Below are positions 8,516 to 18,011 of a DNA stretch of 64,000 bases, one piece after another; the first letter of the stretch is position 1; each line of letters begins with the position of its first letter. The stretch is from Thermoproteota archaeon (GTDB lineage Archaea > Korarchaeota > JAOZGF01 > JAOZFZ01), in NCBI GenBank assembly GCA_027492035.1, contig JAOZFT010000007.1:27195-91194 (forward strand). Direction: 5' to 3'. The notes beneath the pieces are model-generated. The model was not told the origin of the DNA, did no database searches, and saw only the letters and a program-made list of their open reading frames with translations. Position numbers and translations under genes: made by a program.

Positions 8516-9970
8516 ATGAACAGGAAATTATTAACAATTTTAACCATTGCAATTTTGTTAACTGAAACATCAGCTATATTCCTAATTACTCCAATTTACA
8601 GTGAACAAACAAGCAAAGCATTGGTTTTGGTAAGTGATAATGAAGCAGACTTAATAGTTGCAAAATATTTTGCTTCAGTAATTTCAGCCCAGATGCTAAT
8701 TGTCCCTTGGGGAACCTTTCCCTCCAACATAGAGGAGGAAATAATGCAAGTAGCTCCTTTAAAAGTAGTAATAATAGGAGGAGTGTTAGCTGTACCTGAA
8801 GAAGCAGAGACATTTCTTAAAGAAATGAACATACCATTTATTAGGTTAGGGGGGAAAGACAGAGTTGAAACTTCTGCAGAAATATATAAATATTTAGTGG
8901 AGCAAGTTAACGTTACCCCAGATCAAGTAATCATCTTGGGAGGGTATGACTTTGTCGCTTTAAAGCAATTCAGTGAAGTTTCTAACCTTACCAATAAAAC
9001 AGTTATTGTTTATGCATCGCAACAATCAACAGTGCCGAAAGAAGTGCTTGACATAATGAAGACAAAACCTGTAAACAATATTAAAGTAGTACCTTCCCCC
9101 TTGCTAACTACTTCATCAATTGAAAGTCAGATATCCTCAGCAGCTGCTGTTTCAGCTGCAGTAGAGTCTATCTTTGAGGAATCAAACAGTGTAAAAGCTT
9201 CTGAAATGATTAAAGAAGCAGAAATAGCTATAGAGGAAGCAAATTCAACTATTCGGTCAAGTTTATCCTCTGAAAATGTAAGTGTAGCTTTGGCTATGCT
9301 TGAAGAAGCTGAGAAACTACTTAAGGAAGCAACTGAAATATATAAAAACAGTAATTACATTGAGGCCTATAAGTTAGCAATTTCAGCCAGAGATCTTGCA
9401 TCAAAAGCTAAAGAAATTATTGAAGGCATTAATGTGAGACAAATAATTAAAGTTTATACAAAAGCCATCACTGAAATTCTTAAAGAAAAAATTGTAGCCA
9501 TAAATAAAACAATTAAAACTAATATAAGCTCCGCCAATAAATCCACCAGTGCAGTGAACATAAGCAAAACTTTAGCTTCAGCAAAAAAAGAAGTAGAACA
9601 AGGGAAGTTGGTAGAAGCCGCTAAAAAAGTTTACAACACTTCAAAAACGACAAAAACAGAAACGACATCCCAATCTGCAAAGAGTTCTTCTTCATCTCAG
9701 CCGCAATCAAGTTGCAAAGAAGCAGAAGAAAAAATGAAGGAAGCAAAGAAACTATTAGATGAAGCTGAAAAACTTTTATCAAACTATTTTGTTTCACCAT
9801 TTGTTATGCCTCCCGGCATAGCTGAGCTTGAATCAATGCTCAACCTGTCTCAAACTTACCTGAAAATTGCTCAAGATAAATACTCACAGAACAATTGCGG
9901 CTTAGCTATATCCTATGCTGAGAAGGTAATAGACCTTTGCAATAAAATAAAAGAGAAATTAACTAAGTAA
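8516..9970 (+). CDS. Secreted/surface protein with cell-wall-binding-repeat-2-like N-terminal modules and a long coiled-coil, Ser-rich C-terminal region
   Basis: ORF 8504..9970. ATG at 8516 is preferred because AAGGTGG lies upstream. Signal/TM LLTILTIAILL. LVLVSDNEADLIVAKYFA...VVIIGGVLAVPEE...IRLGGKDRVETSAEIYKY matches the CWB2 pattern (aDAL...iiGG...isRi.G.dRyeTs). It is followed by helical Ala/Glu/Lys-rich repeats. Confidence 0.55.
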   Translation: MNRKLLTILTIAILLTETSAIFLITPIYSEQTSKALVLVSDNEADLIVAKYFASVISAQMLIVPWGTFPSNIEEEIMQVAPLKVVIIGGVLAVPEEAETFLKEMNIPFIRLGGKDRVETSAEIYKYLVEQVNVTPDQVIILGGYDFVALKQFSEVSNLTNKTVIVYASQQSTVPKEVLDIMKTKPVNNIKVVPSPLLTTSSIESQISSAAAVSAAVESIFEESNSVKASEMIKEAEIAIEEANSTIRSSLSSENVSVALAMLEEAEKLLKEATEIYKNSNYIEAYKLAISARDLASKAKEIIEGINVRQIIKVYTKAITEILKEKIVAINKTIKTNISSANKSTSAVNISKTLASAKKEVEQGKLVEAAKKVYNTSKTTKTETTSQSAKSSSSSQPQSSCKEAEEKMKEAKKLLDEAEKLLSNYFVSPFVMPPGIAELESMLNLSQTYLKIAQDKYSQNNCGLAISYAEKVIDLCNKIKEKLTK

Positions 9971-10439
9971 CAGTTCATCCCTCTTTCCCTCTTTTTCTCG
10001 TTTTCTTCAATAAGATAAATTAAGTTATTAAAAATTCTGGTGAATGATTATAATGACTGGAGATGTCAACATCTAGGAAAGTAGTAAATAAACTCTTCTC
10101 TATCTAAATTTGTTATAAAATAATTGTTAAAGCATTAGAAATTTCACAATTAAACTAAGGAACACAAAACTAAAAAAGTAAGGGAAGTAAATATGTTACA
10201 AGTAACAATAGAAAGATAATATTTTCTATTTGAAGGACGGTAAATCTTCGTTTTAAAGAAGTAACTTTAATGAGAAATGTTCAATTTACTGAGTTATTCA
10301 ATTTACAATTTTTTTGCCCAGAATGCAGAGGCATTACTACTTCAGGTCAATTATTTTATTTACATTCTAAAAAATTTTTCACAAAGAATTAACCCCCTGT
10401 AATTATTTTACCTAATGTGGTAATGAAGAGCATTTTTGT

Positions 10440-10459
10440 AAAATGACCCCGGTCATTTT
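10440..10459. repeat. Inverted repeat AAAATGACC-cc-GGTCATTTT (9-bp arms) inside the ORF-free gap
   Basis: Read directly from the sequence. A second, imperfect hairpin (AGTTAACCC...GGGTTTAACT) lies at 10611..10642. Confidence 0.3.
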
Positions 10460-10814
10460 CCGCACAGGATTAAGTTGAAGTTTATTTGGGTTTTCATTTC
10501 AATAAAAGGTTAAATGAAAAATAGTGAATAATTGTTTAAATTAAGTTTGGAGTTGAGTTGTCTTTCTGTTAATCGCGATTTATATGAGTAAACAAGGATT
10601 TAATATCTGAAGTTAACCCTTTTTGTTCTTACGGGTTTAACTGGCGGTTTGTTGGATTCTAAATAGTTTTTAATTTACTAAGATCTTGATGTAGTTTAGG
10701 TCCTTAATGTTTTCTTTTATATTTTTAAAAATAGTTAGGGGGATAGTTTCAAGTGGGAAGTAAATTTTTGTTTTTAAGGTAATCTTCCAACTTTAGGGAG
10801 ATAGGTGTCAAGGT

Positions 10815-11492
10815 TTGATCTCTGTTGAAGCAGTAATTGAAGAAATTAAACGGAAACCTGAATTAGCTAAGAAACTTGCTGAGGCTTTAATTGAGGCTTC
10901 GCCGAGGCTGAGTATAATATTTCAATATGAAAATATACTCATGAACATTGAAAGCCTCAGAGGAGACTTCAACAGGATCCTAAAAAGAATGGAAGCGATT
11001 GAAAATGAGCAGAGGAAACTCAGAGAAGACTTCAACAGAATAATTAAAGTCGTTGAGAACCTTCAAATTAGCCATAAAAGACTTGAAGAGAGGCTAAATT
11101 CATTGGCAGAATCCATGATTTATGGTTTCGGCCAGTTAAGTAAATTTGCTGGTTTAACGTTTGAGGAGTTTGTTAGGATGTTCCTTTCTGAATACCTGAG
11201 GGAGCAGGGTTTAATACCTAAAAATGAAAACCTTAAGAAGAAGGTTTTAGATGAAGAGGAAATAAACCTCTTCTTTGAAGACCCTTTGATAGTGGGTGAA
11301 GTTACATCTTATGCAGGAGATAAGTCTAAAATTTTGAAACTTCTGAGAAAGGCAGAGTTAGCAAGAGAAAGGTACAATAAGGAACCTAAAAAATTCCTTA
11401 TTATATTAACTGCTGCGAAGGAGGCGTCGAAAGAGATAAGGAAATTAGCTGAGGAAAATGATGTCAAATTGATAATTGGCAAAACTTCTTAA
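10815..11492 (+). CDS. Hypothetical coiled-coil protein with a C-terminal alpha/beta domain (DUF3782-like impression)
   Basis: 225-aa ORF with AGGTG upstream of the TTG start. The central region is heptad-like with an internal duplication (LRGDFNRILKRMEAIENEQRKLREDFNRIIKVVENLQ). The C-terminal part, PLIVGEVTSYAG...LIILTAAKE, could be nuclease-fold-like, but I cannot confirm that. Confidence 0.45.
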   Translation: MISVEAVIEEIKRKPELAKKLAEALIEASPRLSIIFQYENILMNIESLRGDFNRILKRMEAIENEQRKLREDFNRIIKVVENLQISHKRLEERLNSLAESMIYGFGQLSKFAGLTFEEFVRMFLSEYLREQGLIPKNENLKKKVLDEEEINLFFEDPLIVGEVTSYAGDKSKILKLLRKAELARERYNKEPKKFLIILTAAKEASKEIRKLAEENDVKLIIGKTS

Positions 11493-11548
11493 GGAACATT
11501 TCTACATTTCTTCTCAGTTTCCTTCCCGCAAGTTTAGAAGGGGGTATT

Positions 11549-12442
11549 ATGCCTGGAAAATTTAAAGGTGTTTTTGTACCTCATGTTACCCCTTTCACAG
11601 TGAAGGGTGACATAGATAAAGAAAAATTGAAGAAGCTTATTCATTTTATAATGGACTCAGGTTGTAATGGACTTATTTCGTGCGGAAGTACAGGTGAAGC
11701 ACCATTTTTAACATTTGAAGAAAGAAAAGAAATTATTGAGTTAGTTATGGATGAAGTAAGTGGAAAAATGGCTGTTATAGCTGGAACAGGCTCACCTAGC
11801 ACTTCTGAAACGCTTAAAATAACAGAAGAGGCTCATGACCTAGGAGTCGACGCAGCCCTTATAATTACACCCTACTTTTTTAAACTAAGCGACAAAGAAG
11901 TTTTGGAACATTACAGAGTTATTATAGAGAAAATTGATTTACCTATTATAATTTATAACGTGCCAAAATTTACAGGTTACAATTTAAACCCCACGATTGT
12001 AACTGAATTAGCTAAAGAGTACAGCCAAGTTGTGGGTGTAAAGGATTCAAGTGGTTCAATAAATCAAATCTCTAGATTAGTGGAATCCGTCGGAAACAAA
12101 ATTTCTGTGTTAGCAGGCACAGGTGAAACCTTTTTCCCAACACTTACATTAGGGGGGCATGGTGGAGTCTTAGCCATAGCTAACGTAGCTCCTCACCTAT
12201 GTACCCAAATATATAAATGTTTCAAAGCAGGAGAACTACAAAAAGCCCAACATCTCAATTTTCGATTATTAAAACTGAATGAGTTTTTAGTGAAAAAACA
12301 CAATCAAGTAAGTTGCATAAAAACTGCCTTAAACATGATGGTTGAAGCAGGGGGATTACCTAGAAAACCTATTTTGCCTCCATCAATTGAAACAGAAAAC
12401 AACATTTTCAAGCTTTTGAAGGAGACAGGTCTTGTAAAGTAA
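11549..12442 (+). CDS. DapA-family class I aldolase (4-hydroxy-tetrahydrodipicolinate synthase / KDG-aldolase family)
   Basis: 297-aa ORF. Motifs: GSTGEAPFLTFEERKE, IIIYNVPKFTG, and the Schiff-base Lys context VVGVKDSSG. Confidence 0.8.
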   Translation: MPGKFKGVFVPHVTPFTVKGDIDKEKLKKLIHFIMDSGCNGLISCGSTGEAPFLTFEERKEIIELVMDEVSGKMAVIAGTGSPSTSETLKITEEAHDLGVDAALIITPYFFKLSDKEVLEHYRVIIEKIDLPIIIYNVPKFTGYNLNPTIVTELAKEYSQVVGVKDSSGSINQISRLVESVGNKISVLAGTGETFFPTLTLGGHGGVLAIANVAPHLCTQIYKCFKAGELQKAQHLNFRLLKLNEFLVKKHNQVSCIKTALNMMVEAGGLPRKPILPPSIETENNIFKLLKETGLVK

Positions 12443-12626
12443 AGTTCTAAGCCTTTCCGTAAAAAGCTTTATTAAATTCAAGACGAGAAAGAAGTTATGC
12501 CGTTGTTTGCTTAGCACAGGTGGAAACTGTGTTGAATTTTGTTAGAAAAAATAAATCTTTTTTCCTAATTATTCCTAAAATTCAGTAATTTTTCATAATT
12601 TATTTCCATGACAGTTAATTTGTCTA

Positions 12627-12641
12627 ATATTTAAAAAAATA
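12627..12641 (+). promoter_or_regulatory. TATA-box-like element (AATATTTAAAAAAAT) upstream of the OFOR-hdr gene string
   Basis: This is the only strong A/T box in the 229-bp gap. It lies 31-45 nt upstream of ATG 12672, and GAGGTG (12661-12666) sits between them. Position only; no experimental support. Confidence 0.25.
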
Positions 12642-12671
12642 GGGTTTAACTCTGAGAAGTGAGGTGCTGTA

Positions 12672-12935
12672 ATGTTTACCAGAAAACCTTTGTTACCCCC
12701 TACTGCAAAAAAGCTTAGAGAAGTTGAGATAGTTATTCTTGAAGATAGATGTAAAGGATGTGGCTTTTGCATAGAGTTCTGCCCTAGGGAAGTGCTAAGT
12801 AAATCAGAAAAATTGAACTCAAGAGGTGTTCACCCTCCAAAAGTAAGTAACAAAGACTTATGCGTAGGTTGTGGTTTATGTGAAAAGATATGTCCTGACT
12901 TCGCTATTTTTCTTGAGGAGTGTGATCAAACATGA
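12672..12935 (+). CDS. korD: 2-oxoacid:ferredoxin oxidoreductase delta subunit (2x[4Fe-4S] ferredoxin)
   Basis: 87-aa ORF with CKGCGFCIEFCP and CVGCGLCEKICP. It overlaps the alpha-subunit start by 4 nt (ATGA). Confidence 0.85.
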   Translation: MFTRKPLLPPTAKKLREVEIVILEDRCKGCGFCIEFCPREVLSKSEKLNSRGVHPPKVSNKDLCVGCGLCEKICPDFAIFLEECDQT

Positions 12936-14074
12936 GAAGAGACGTGTTGACAGGTGAGTACTTTACAGAAGGCGATATTGCTTGTGCAGAGGGGGCAATA
13001 GCTGCTGGTTGCCGTTTCTTTGCTGGGTACCCCATTACCCCCTCAAGTGAATTAGCTGAACACATGGCAGCAAGGCTTCCTGAAGTTGATGGAGTCTTTA
13101 TTCAAATGGAGGATGAACTCGGATCTATGGCAGCAGTTATAGGTGCAAGCTGGGCTGGAGTGAAATCTATGACAGCGACTTCAGGTCCAGGGTTCAGTTT
13201 AATGCAGGAAAACATAGGACTTGCAATTATGACAGAAACTCCCTGCGTAATAGTTAATATTATGAGAGGGGGACCAAGCACAGGGCAACCTACAAAATCA
13301 GGTCAACAAGACGTTATGCAAGCTAAATGGGGGTCTCATGGAGATTATGAAATAATTGCAGTTTGTCCTTCAACAGTGCAGGAAATGTTCGACTTAACTA
13401 TTGAAGCATTCAATTTGTCAGAAATTTACAGGGTTCCAGTTATAGTTTTAGGTGATGAAATTCTTGGGCATTTAACAGAGAAGCTGGTTATACCGCAACC
13501 GGAAGAAATAGAAATTGTAGAAAGAAGAAAACCGCCAATTAAAGAGGGATATTCTTGGTTTAAGTTCAATCCAGCTTCTATCCCAGCAATGGCCAGTTTC
13601 GGTGAAGGATTTAAAGTTTACGCAACAGGTTTAACTCATGACGAAACAGGGCATCCTGATATGTCTCCAGAAACTCAAACAAAGCTTGTCAAGTATTTAT
13701 GTGATAAAGTGCGTAAGAATGCAGACAGAATAGTTAAGTACAAGGAAATAATGCTTGATGATGCAGAAATAGCCATAATAACTTACGGTTCACCAGTGAG
13801 ATCGGCTTTAAGTGCAGTGAAAAGAGCAAGGAAAGAAGGGATAAAGGTAGGCCTACTTAAGTTGTCAATTGTTTGGCCATTTCCAGAAAAAATTGTTAAG
13901 AAGGTTTCAGAAGAAGTGGATACGGTAGTGGTGTTGGAAATGAATTATGGGCAAATTTTGCGAGAAGTTCAGAGAGTAGCTGGTTTAGAACGTGTAAAAT
14001 TTCTCCCGAAATTCGGTGAAGATTTACATAAACCTGGTGAAGTACTGGAATTAGTTAGAAGGTGTAAAAAATGA
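12932..14074 (+). CDS. korA: 2-oxoacid (2-oxoglutarate-type):ferredoxin oxidoreductase alpha subunit
   Basis: 380 aa. AEGAIAAGCRFFAGYPITPSSELAEHMA...IQMEDELGS...TATSGPGFSLM...GGPSTGQPT is typical of KorA-type alpha subunits. The delta-alpha-beta-gamma order matches KGOR-type operons. Substrate specificity cannot be determined from sequence alone. Confidence 0.85.
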   Translation: MRRDVLTGEYFTEGDIACAEGAIAAGCRFFAGYPITPSSELAEHMAARLPEVDGVFIQMEDELGSMAAVIGASWAGVKSMTATSGPGFSLMQENIGLAIMTETPCVIVNIMRGGPSTGQPTKSGQQDVMQAKWGSHGDYEIIAVCPSTVQEMFDLTIEAFNLSEIYRVPVIVLGDEILGHLTEKLVIPQPEEIEIVERRKPPIKEGYSWFKFNPASIPAMASFGEGFKVYATGLTHDETGHPDMSPETQTKLVKYLCDKVRKNADRIVKYKEIMLDDAEIAIITYGSPVRSALSAVKRARKEGIKVGLLKLSIVWPFPEKIVKKVSEEVDTVVVLEMNYGQILREVQRVAGLERVKFLPKFGEDLHKPGEVLELVRRCKK

Positions 14075-14949
14075 AAAGTACAATAAAATATGCAGCTGCA
14101 CATCCATTAGACCCTTACCTCAGGAAGGGAATGATTCCTCACATTTGGTGCACAGGCTGTGGAAACGGGGTAATTCTTAACTGTTTCATTCGGGCAGTAA
14201 GAGACTTAAATATAGACGTAAATAAAACGGTAGTGGTTTCAGGGATAGGGTGCATAGGAAGAATAACAGGGTACATAAACATGGATTCCTTCCACACCAC
14301 ACATGGCAGACCTATTGCTTTTGCGACAGGGGTGAAACTGGCAAAACCAGAACTTAATGTAGTAGTAATCAGTGGCGACGGTGACCTTTTTGCAATAGGT
14401 GGAAACCATTTCATTCATGCTGCAAGAAGGAACATGGACCTTTTAGTTATTTGCGCCAATAACTTCAATTATGGTATGACAGGGGGCCAATATGCCCCCA
14501 CAACTCCTTTAAACGCTAAAACAATGACCTCTCCTTACGGCAACATTGAACACCCTTTCAACCTGGTTCACTTGGCTTGGGCTTCTGGTGCAGTTTACGT
14601 TGCCAGATGGACTACTGTGCATGTGACAAGGCTTCTCAAATCAATTAAGAAAGCATTGACAAAGAAGGGGTTTAGGTTTATAGAGGTAATAAGTCCATGT
14701 CCTGAAGTTTATGGTAGATACAACAAAATGGGAGACGCCTTGGAAATAATCAAATGGTTAAAGGAAAACTCAGTAATTCAACATTTCACAGACCCAAGTA
14801 AGGCAGAGATAGAATTGGGGGGAAAAATCACTGTCGGAGAATTCGTTGAGAAAGAGAAACCAGTATATAATGACTTAATTCTACATTTGAAAAGGAGAAT
14901 AAAAGAGAAACTGGAGAAGGAGGGAAAGAGGACATTAGTTAAAATTTAA
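14071..14949 (+). CDS. korB: 2-oxoacid:ferredoxin oxidoreductase beta subunit (TPP-binding)
   Basis: 292 aa. HIWCTGCGNG and GIGC cluster ligands. TPP motif ISGDGDLFAIGGNH...ICANNFNYGMTGGQ. Confidence 0.9.
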   Translation: MKSTIKYAAAHPLDPYLRKGMIPHIWCTGCGNGVILNCFIRAVRDLNIDVNKTVVVSGIGCIGRITGYINMDSFHTTHGRPIAFATGVKLAKPELNVVVISGDGDLFAIGGNHFIHAARRNMDLLVICANNFNYGMTGGQYAPTTPLNAKTMTSPYGNIEHPFNLVHLAWASGAVYVARWTTVHVTRLLKSIKKALTKKGFRFIEVISPCPEVYGRYNKMGDALEIIKWLKENSVIQHFTDPSKAEIELGGKITVGEFVEKEKPVYNDLILHLKRRIKEKLEKEGKRTLVKI

Positions 14950-14972
14950 GCGTTTTGGAAAGGTGTTGAAAA

Positions 14973-15536
14973 ATGAAACTTGAAATTGTTATAGCAGGGT
15001 TCGGAGGCCAAGGCATCATTAAAGCTGGCTTAATAGTGGGTTCTGCAGCTTCGCTTTTCACAGGCTTAAATGCATGCTTTGTCAGATCCTATGGACCTGA
15101 AGCAAGGGGAGGAGCTTGTAAAGCTGAAGTTATAATTTCAGATGAGGAAATTGATTACCCGAAAATCGAGAAGCCAGATGTTTTAGTTGCAATGTCTCAA
15201 GAGGGTTACGAAAAATATGTTGAGAAAGTTAAAGAGAAGGGACTTATTATATTAGATCCTGACTTAGTTGAGCCATTCAAACCTGGAAGAATCTATAAAG
15301 TACCAGCTACAAGAATAGCTGAAAAACTAGGTAAAAAGATAGTTGCTAACGTTGTAATGATAGGGGCTTTAACACCATTAATCAAGGTTTTGAAACCGGA
15401 AGATGTGGAAAACTCACTTGTTAGAAATGTTCCTCCAGGCACCGAGAAACTAAACTTGAAAGCGTTCCGGGAAGGCTATGAATACGGAAAAATTTCATTA
15501 AAGCAGAAAGAACCGGTAAGAAGAATTAATTGTTAA
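14973..15536 (+). CDS. korG: 2-oxoacid:ferredoxin oxidoreductase gamma subunit
   Basis: 187 aa. IAGFGGQGIIKAG...YGPEARGG is the typical gamma-subunit N-terminus. AAGGTG lies upstream. Confidence 0.85.
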   Translation: MKLEIVIAGFGGQGIIKAGLIVGSAASLFTGLNACFVRSYGPEARGGACKAEVIISDEEIDYPKIEKPDVLVAMSQEGYEKYVEKVKEKGLIILDPDLVEPFKPGRIYKVPATRIAEKLGKKIVANVVMIGALTPLIKVLKPEDVENSLVRNVPPGTEKLNLKAFREGYEYGKISLKQKEPVRRINC

Positions 15537-15566
15537 GGGTGAGGAAGAAGAGGAAAAGGGGGTTAT

Positions 15567-18011
15567 ATGGAGACAAGAATAGGGGTGTATATCTGTCATT
15601 GCGGCACAAACATAGGAGGAGTTTTGGATTGTGAAGCATTGGCAAAATTTGCTTCTAAACTTCCAAATGTAGTTGTGGCAAAAGATTATAAATACATGTG
15701 CGCTGATCCAGGTCAAGAAATGATTAAAAAAGATATTAAAGAATTTAAATTGAACAGAGTGGTTGTGGCTTCTTGTTCCCCTCGAATGCATGAACCCACT
15801 TTTAGAAAATGTGTAGAGGAGGCAGGTTTAAACTCCTTCTTTTTTGAAATGGCTAACATTAGGGAACAAGTTAGTTGGTGCCATTACGATTCACCAAAAC
15901 AGGCTTTTGATAAAGCTAAGGACTTAATAAAGGCAGCTGTAGCTAAGGCTAGGTTGCTTACACCCTTAACACCTCTTAAAGTTCCAGTTGAAAAGAGAGT
16001 TTTAGTGATAGGTGGAGGAGTAGCTGGCATACATGCTGCTCTTGACTTGGCAGATATGGGGTTTAAGGTTTACCTTGTAGAAAAAGAACCAACTATAGGG
16101 GGTTGGATGGCTTTACTAGACAAAACATTCCCCACTCTTGATTGTTCAATCTGCATCCTTGGACCTAAAATGGTTGATGTAGCTAAACATTCTAACATTG
16201 AACTTTTCACCTACTCTGAAGTGTTAGATATAGAAGGGTTTGTTGGGAATTTCAAGGTTAGAATTCTTAAAAAACCAAGGTATGTGGAAGTTGATAAATG
16301 TAACGCATGCAGTGAATGCGTGAACGTTTGCCCTGTAGAGGTTCCTAACAAGTTTGACGGTAACTTAGGTTGGAGAAAAGCAATATACATTCCCTTCCCT
16401 CAAGCTGTTCCACCAGCTTACTTGATCGATGAAGATGCCTGTTTAGGAATAACCCCTTTAGCTTGTGGCAAGTGCCAAGAAGTTTGCAGAGAAAAGGGAG
16501 GTGACGCAATCAATTTTGACATGCACCCTGAAGTGTTAGAAGTTAGTGTAGGCGCAATAATTGTTGCTACCGGCTATGAACTTTATGACCCCTCAAAAAT
16601 TAAAGAATACGGTTACGGTGTTTACCAAAACGTAATTACCTGTTTTGAACTTGAAAGGTTAATAAATTCATCAGGACCCACTTACGGAAAGGTTATAAGG
16701 CCTTCGGATGGAAAGGAACCGAAAAAAGTTGCTTTTATTCAATGCGTAGGTTCAAGGGATGAAAAAGCAAATGTTTACTGCTCAGGTTTCTGTTGCATGT
16801 ACACAATCAAAAACGCTATCCTTTTGAAGGAGAAACATCCTGAAACTGAAATATATATTTTTTATATAGACATAAGAGCCAATTTTAAGGGATATGAAGA
16901 ATTTTATAGAAGAGCCAGGGAGGAAGGAATAATTTTCATTAGAGGAAAACCTGCAGAAATTTCCGAGAATCCTTTAACCAAAAATTTAACAATTTATTGT
17001 GAAGATTTAGGTTTAGGAAAAGTTATTTCACTTGAAGTTGATTTAGTTATTCTTTCAACAGCTGCGATACCAAGACATGGAAAAGACGAATTAGCTAGGA
17101 AGCTGAACATTGTCACAGGATCTGACGGTTTTTACCTTGAGGCCCACCCTAAACTGAAACCTATTGATGCAGCTACTGACGGTGTTTTTCTTTGCGGGTC
17201 AGCTCAAGGACCAAAAGACATACCTTACAGTGTGTCACAAGCCAGTGCTGCAGCTGCAAGAGCTGCAAGGATTCTTTCAAAGGATTACTGGGAAATTGAA
17301 CCAATAGTAGCGTACATAGATGAATCTAAATGTAGAAACCCAAAAACAAAGTGTGGAATATGTGCAACAAAATGTCCCTATGGAGCAATAACTGTAGAGC
17401 CAAACAAACCTGCCAGAGTTGAACCTGCAAAGTGTCATGGATGTGGCACCTGCGCAGCAGACTGCCCCGGTGACGCAATCACCCAGATGCATTTCACAGA
17501 TGCCCAAATACTTTCTCAAATACACGCTATTTTGGAAGAGAACCCTGAAGAAAAAATACTTTGCTTCCTTTGCAATTGGTGCAGCTACGCCGGAGCAGAT
17601 TTAGCAGGCACTTCAAGACTAACTTATCCACCCAACGCAAGGGCTGTAAGGGTGATGTGTTCAGGTAGAGTTGACAAAGATTTTGTGTTAGAAGCTTTCC
17701 GTTTAGGGGCTGGGATGGTTCTTGTCTCAGGCTGCAGGTTAACAGAGTTCGGAAGCGATTGCCACTACATTACAGGTAACGTAAACGCCAAGAAGAGAAT
17801 GAAGATAGTGGAGAAAATACTTGAAAAAGCAGGAATATCAAAGGAAAGATTCAGACTTGAATGGATATCTGCATCTGAAGGAGATAAATACGCTAAAATA
17901 ATTAAAGAAATGGCTGAAAAGATGAAAAAACTTGGAAAAGAGAAAATAATTGAGGAAAATAGGAAAGCAGAGCCTTTCCTTGAAAAAATACTGAAGAAAA
18001 AAATTACGTGA
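15567..18011 (+). CDS. hdrA: Heterodisulfide reductase subunit A fused to a C-terminal MvhD/FlpD-like domain
   Basis: 814 aa. N-terminus IGVYICHCGTNIGG, FAD motif VIGGGVAGIHAA, inserted ferredoxin CNACSECVNVCP, and CGICATKCP/CHGCGTCAADCP. Residues from about 664 to the end (LCFLCNWCSYAGADLAG...VRVMCSGRVD...SGCRLTEFGSDCHY) match the MvhD pattern. Confidence 0.9.
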   Translation: METRIGVYICHCGTNIGGVLDCEALAKFASKLPNVVVAKDYKYMCADPGQEMIKKDIKEFKLNRVVVASCSPRMHEPTFRKCVEEAGLNSFFFEMANIREQVSWCHYDSPKQAFDKAKDLIKAAVAKARLLTPLTPLKVPVEKRVLVIGGGVAGIHAALDLADMGFKVYLVEKEPTIGGWMALLDKTFPTLDCSICILGPKMVDVAKHSNIELFTYSEVLDIEGFVGNFKVRILKKPRYVEVDKCNACSECVNVCPVEVPNKFDGNLGWRKAIYIPFPQAVPPAYLIDEDACLGITPLACGKCQEVCREKGGDAINFDMHPEVLEVSVGAIIVATGYELYDPSKIKEYGYGVYQNVITCFELERLINSSGPTYGKVIRPSDGKEPKKVAFIQCVGSRDEKANVYCSGFCCMYTIKNAILLKEKHPETEIYIFYIDIRANFKGYEEFYRRAREEGIIFIRGKPAEISENPLTKNLTIYCEDLGLGKVISLEVDLVILSTAAIPRHGKDELARKLNIVTGSDGFYLEAHPKLKPIDAATDGVFLCGSAQGPKDIPYSVSQASAAAARAARILSKDYWEIEPIVAYIDESKCRNPKTKCGICATKCPYGAITVEPNKPARVEPAKCHGCGTCAADCPGDAITQMHFTDAQILSQIHAILEENPEEKILCFLCNWCSYAGADLAGTSRLTYPPNARAVRVMCSGRVDKDFVLEAFRLGAGMVLVSGCRLTEFGSDCHYITGNVNAKKRMKIVEKILEKAGISKERFRLEWISASEGDKYAKIIKEMAEKMKKLGKEKIIEENRKAEPFLEKILKKKIT

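Noticed and set aside
10270-10392. 40-codon ORF MRNVQFTELFNLQFFCPECRGITTSGQLFYLHSKKFFTKN in the ORF-free gap
   Set aside because: It has only one CxxC pair (so no complete Zn ribbon), no ribosome-binding site and low-complexity flanks. It could be a relic, but it cannot be supported as a gene.
15567-18011. Selenocysteine or other recoding in hdrA
   Set aside because: The 814-codon frame is uninterrupted. The only TGA is the terminal stop, which overlaps the hdrC GTG start. No SECIS-like context is needed.
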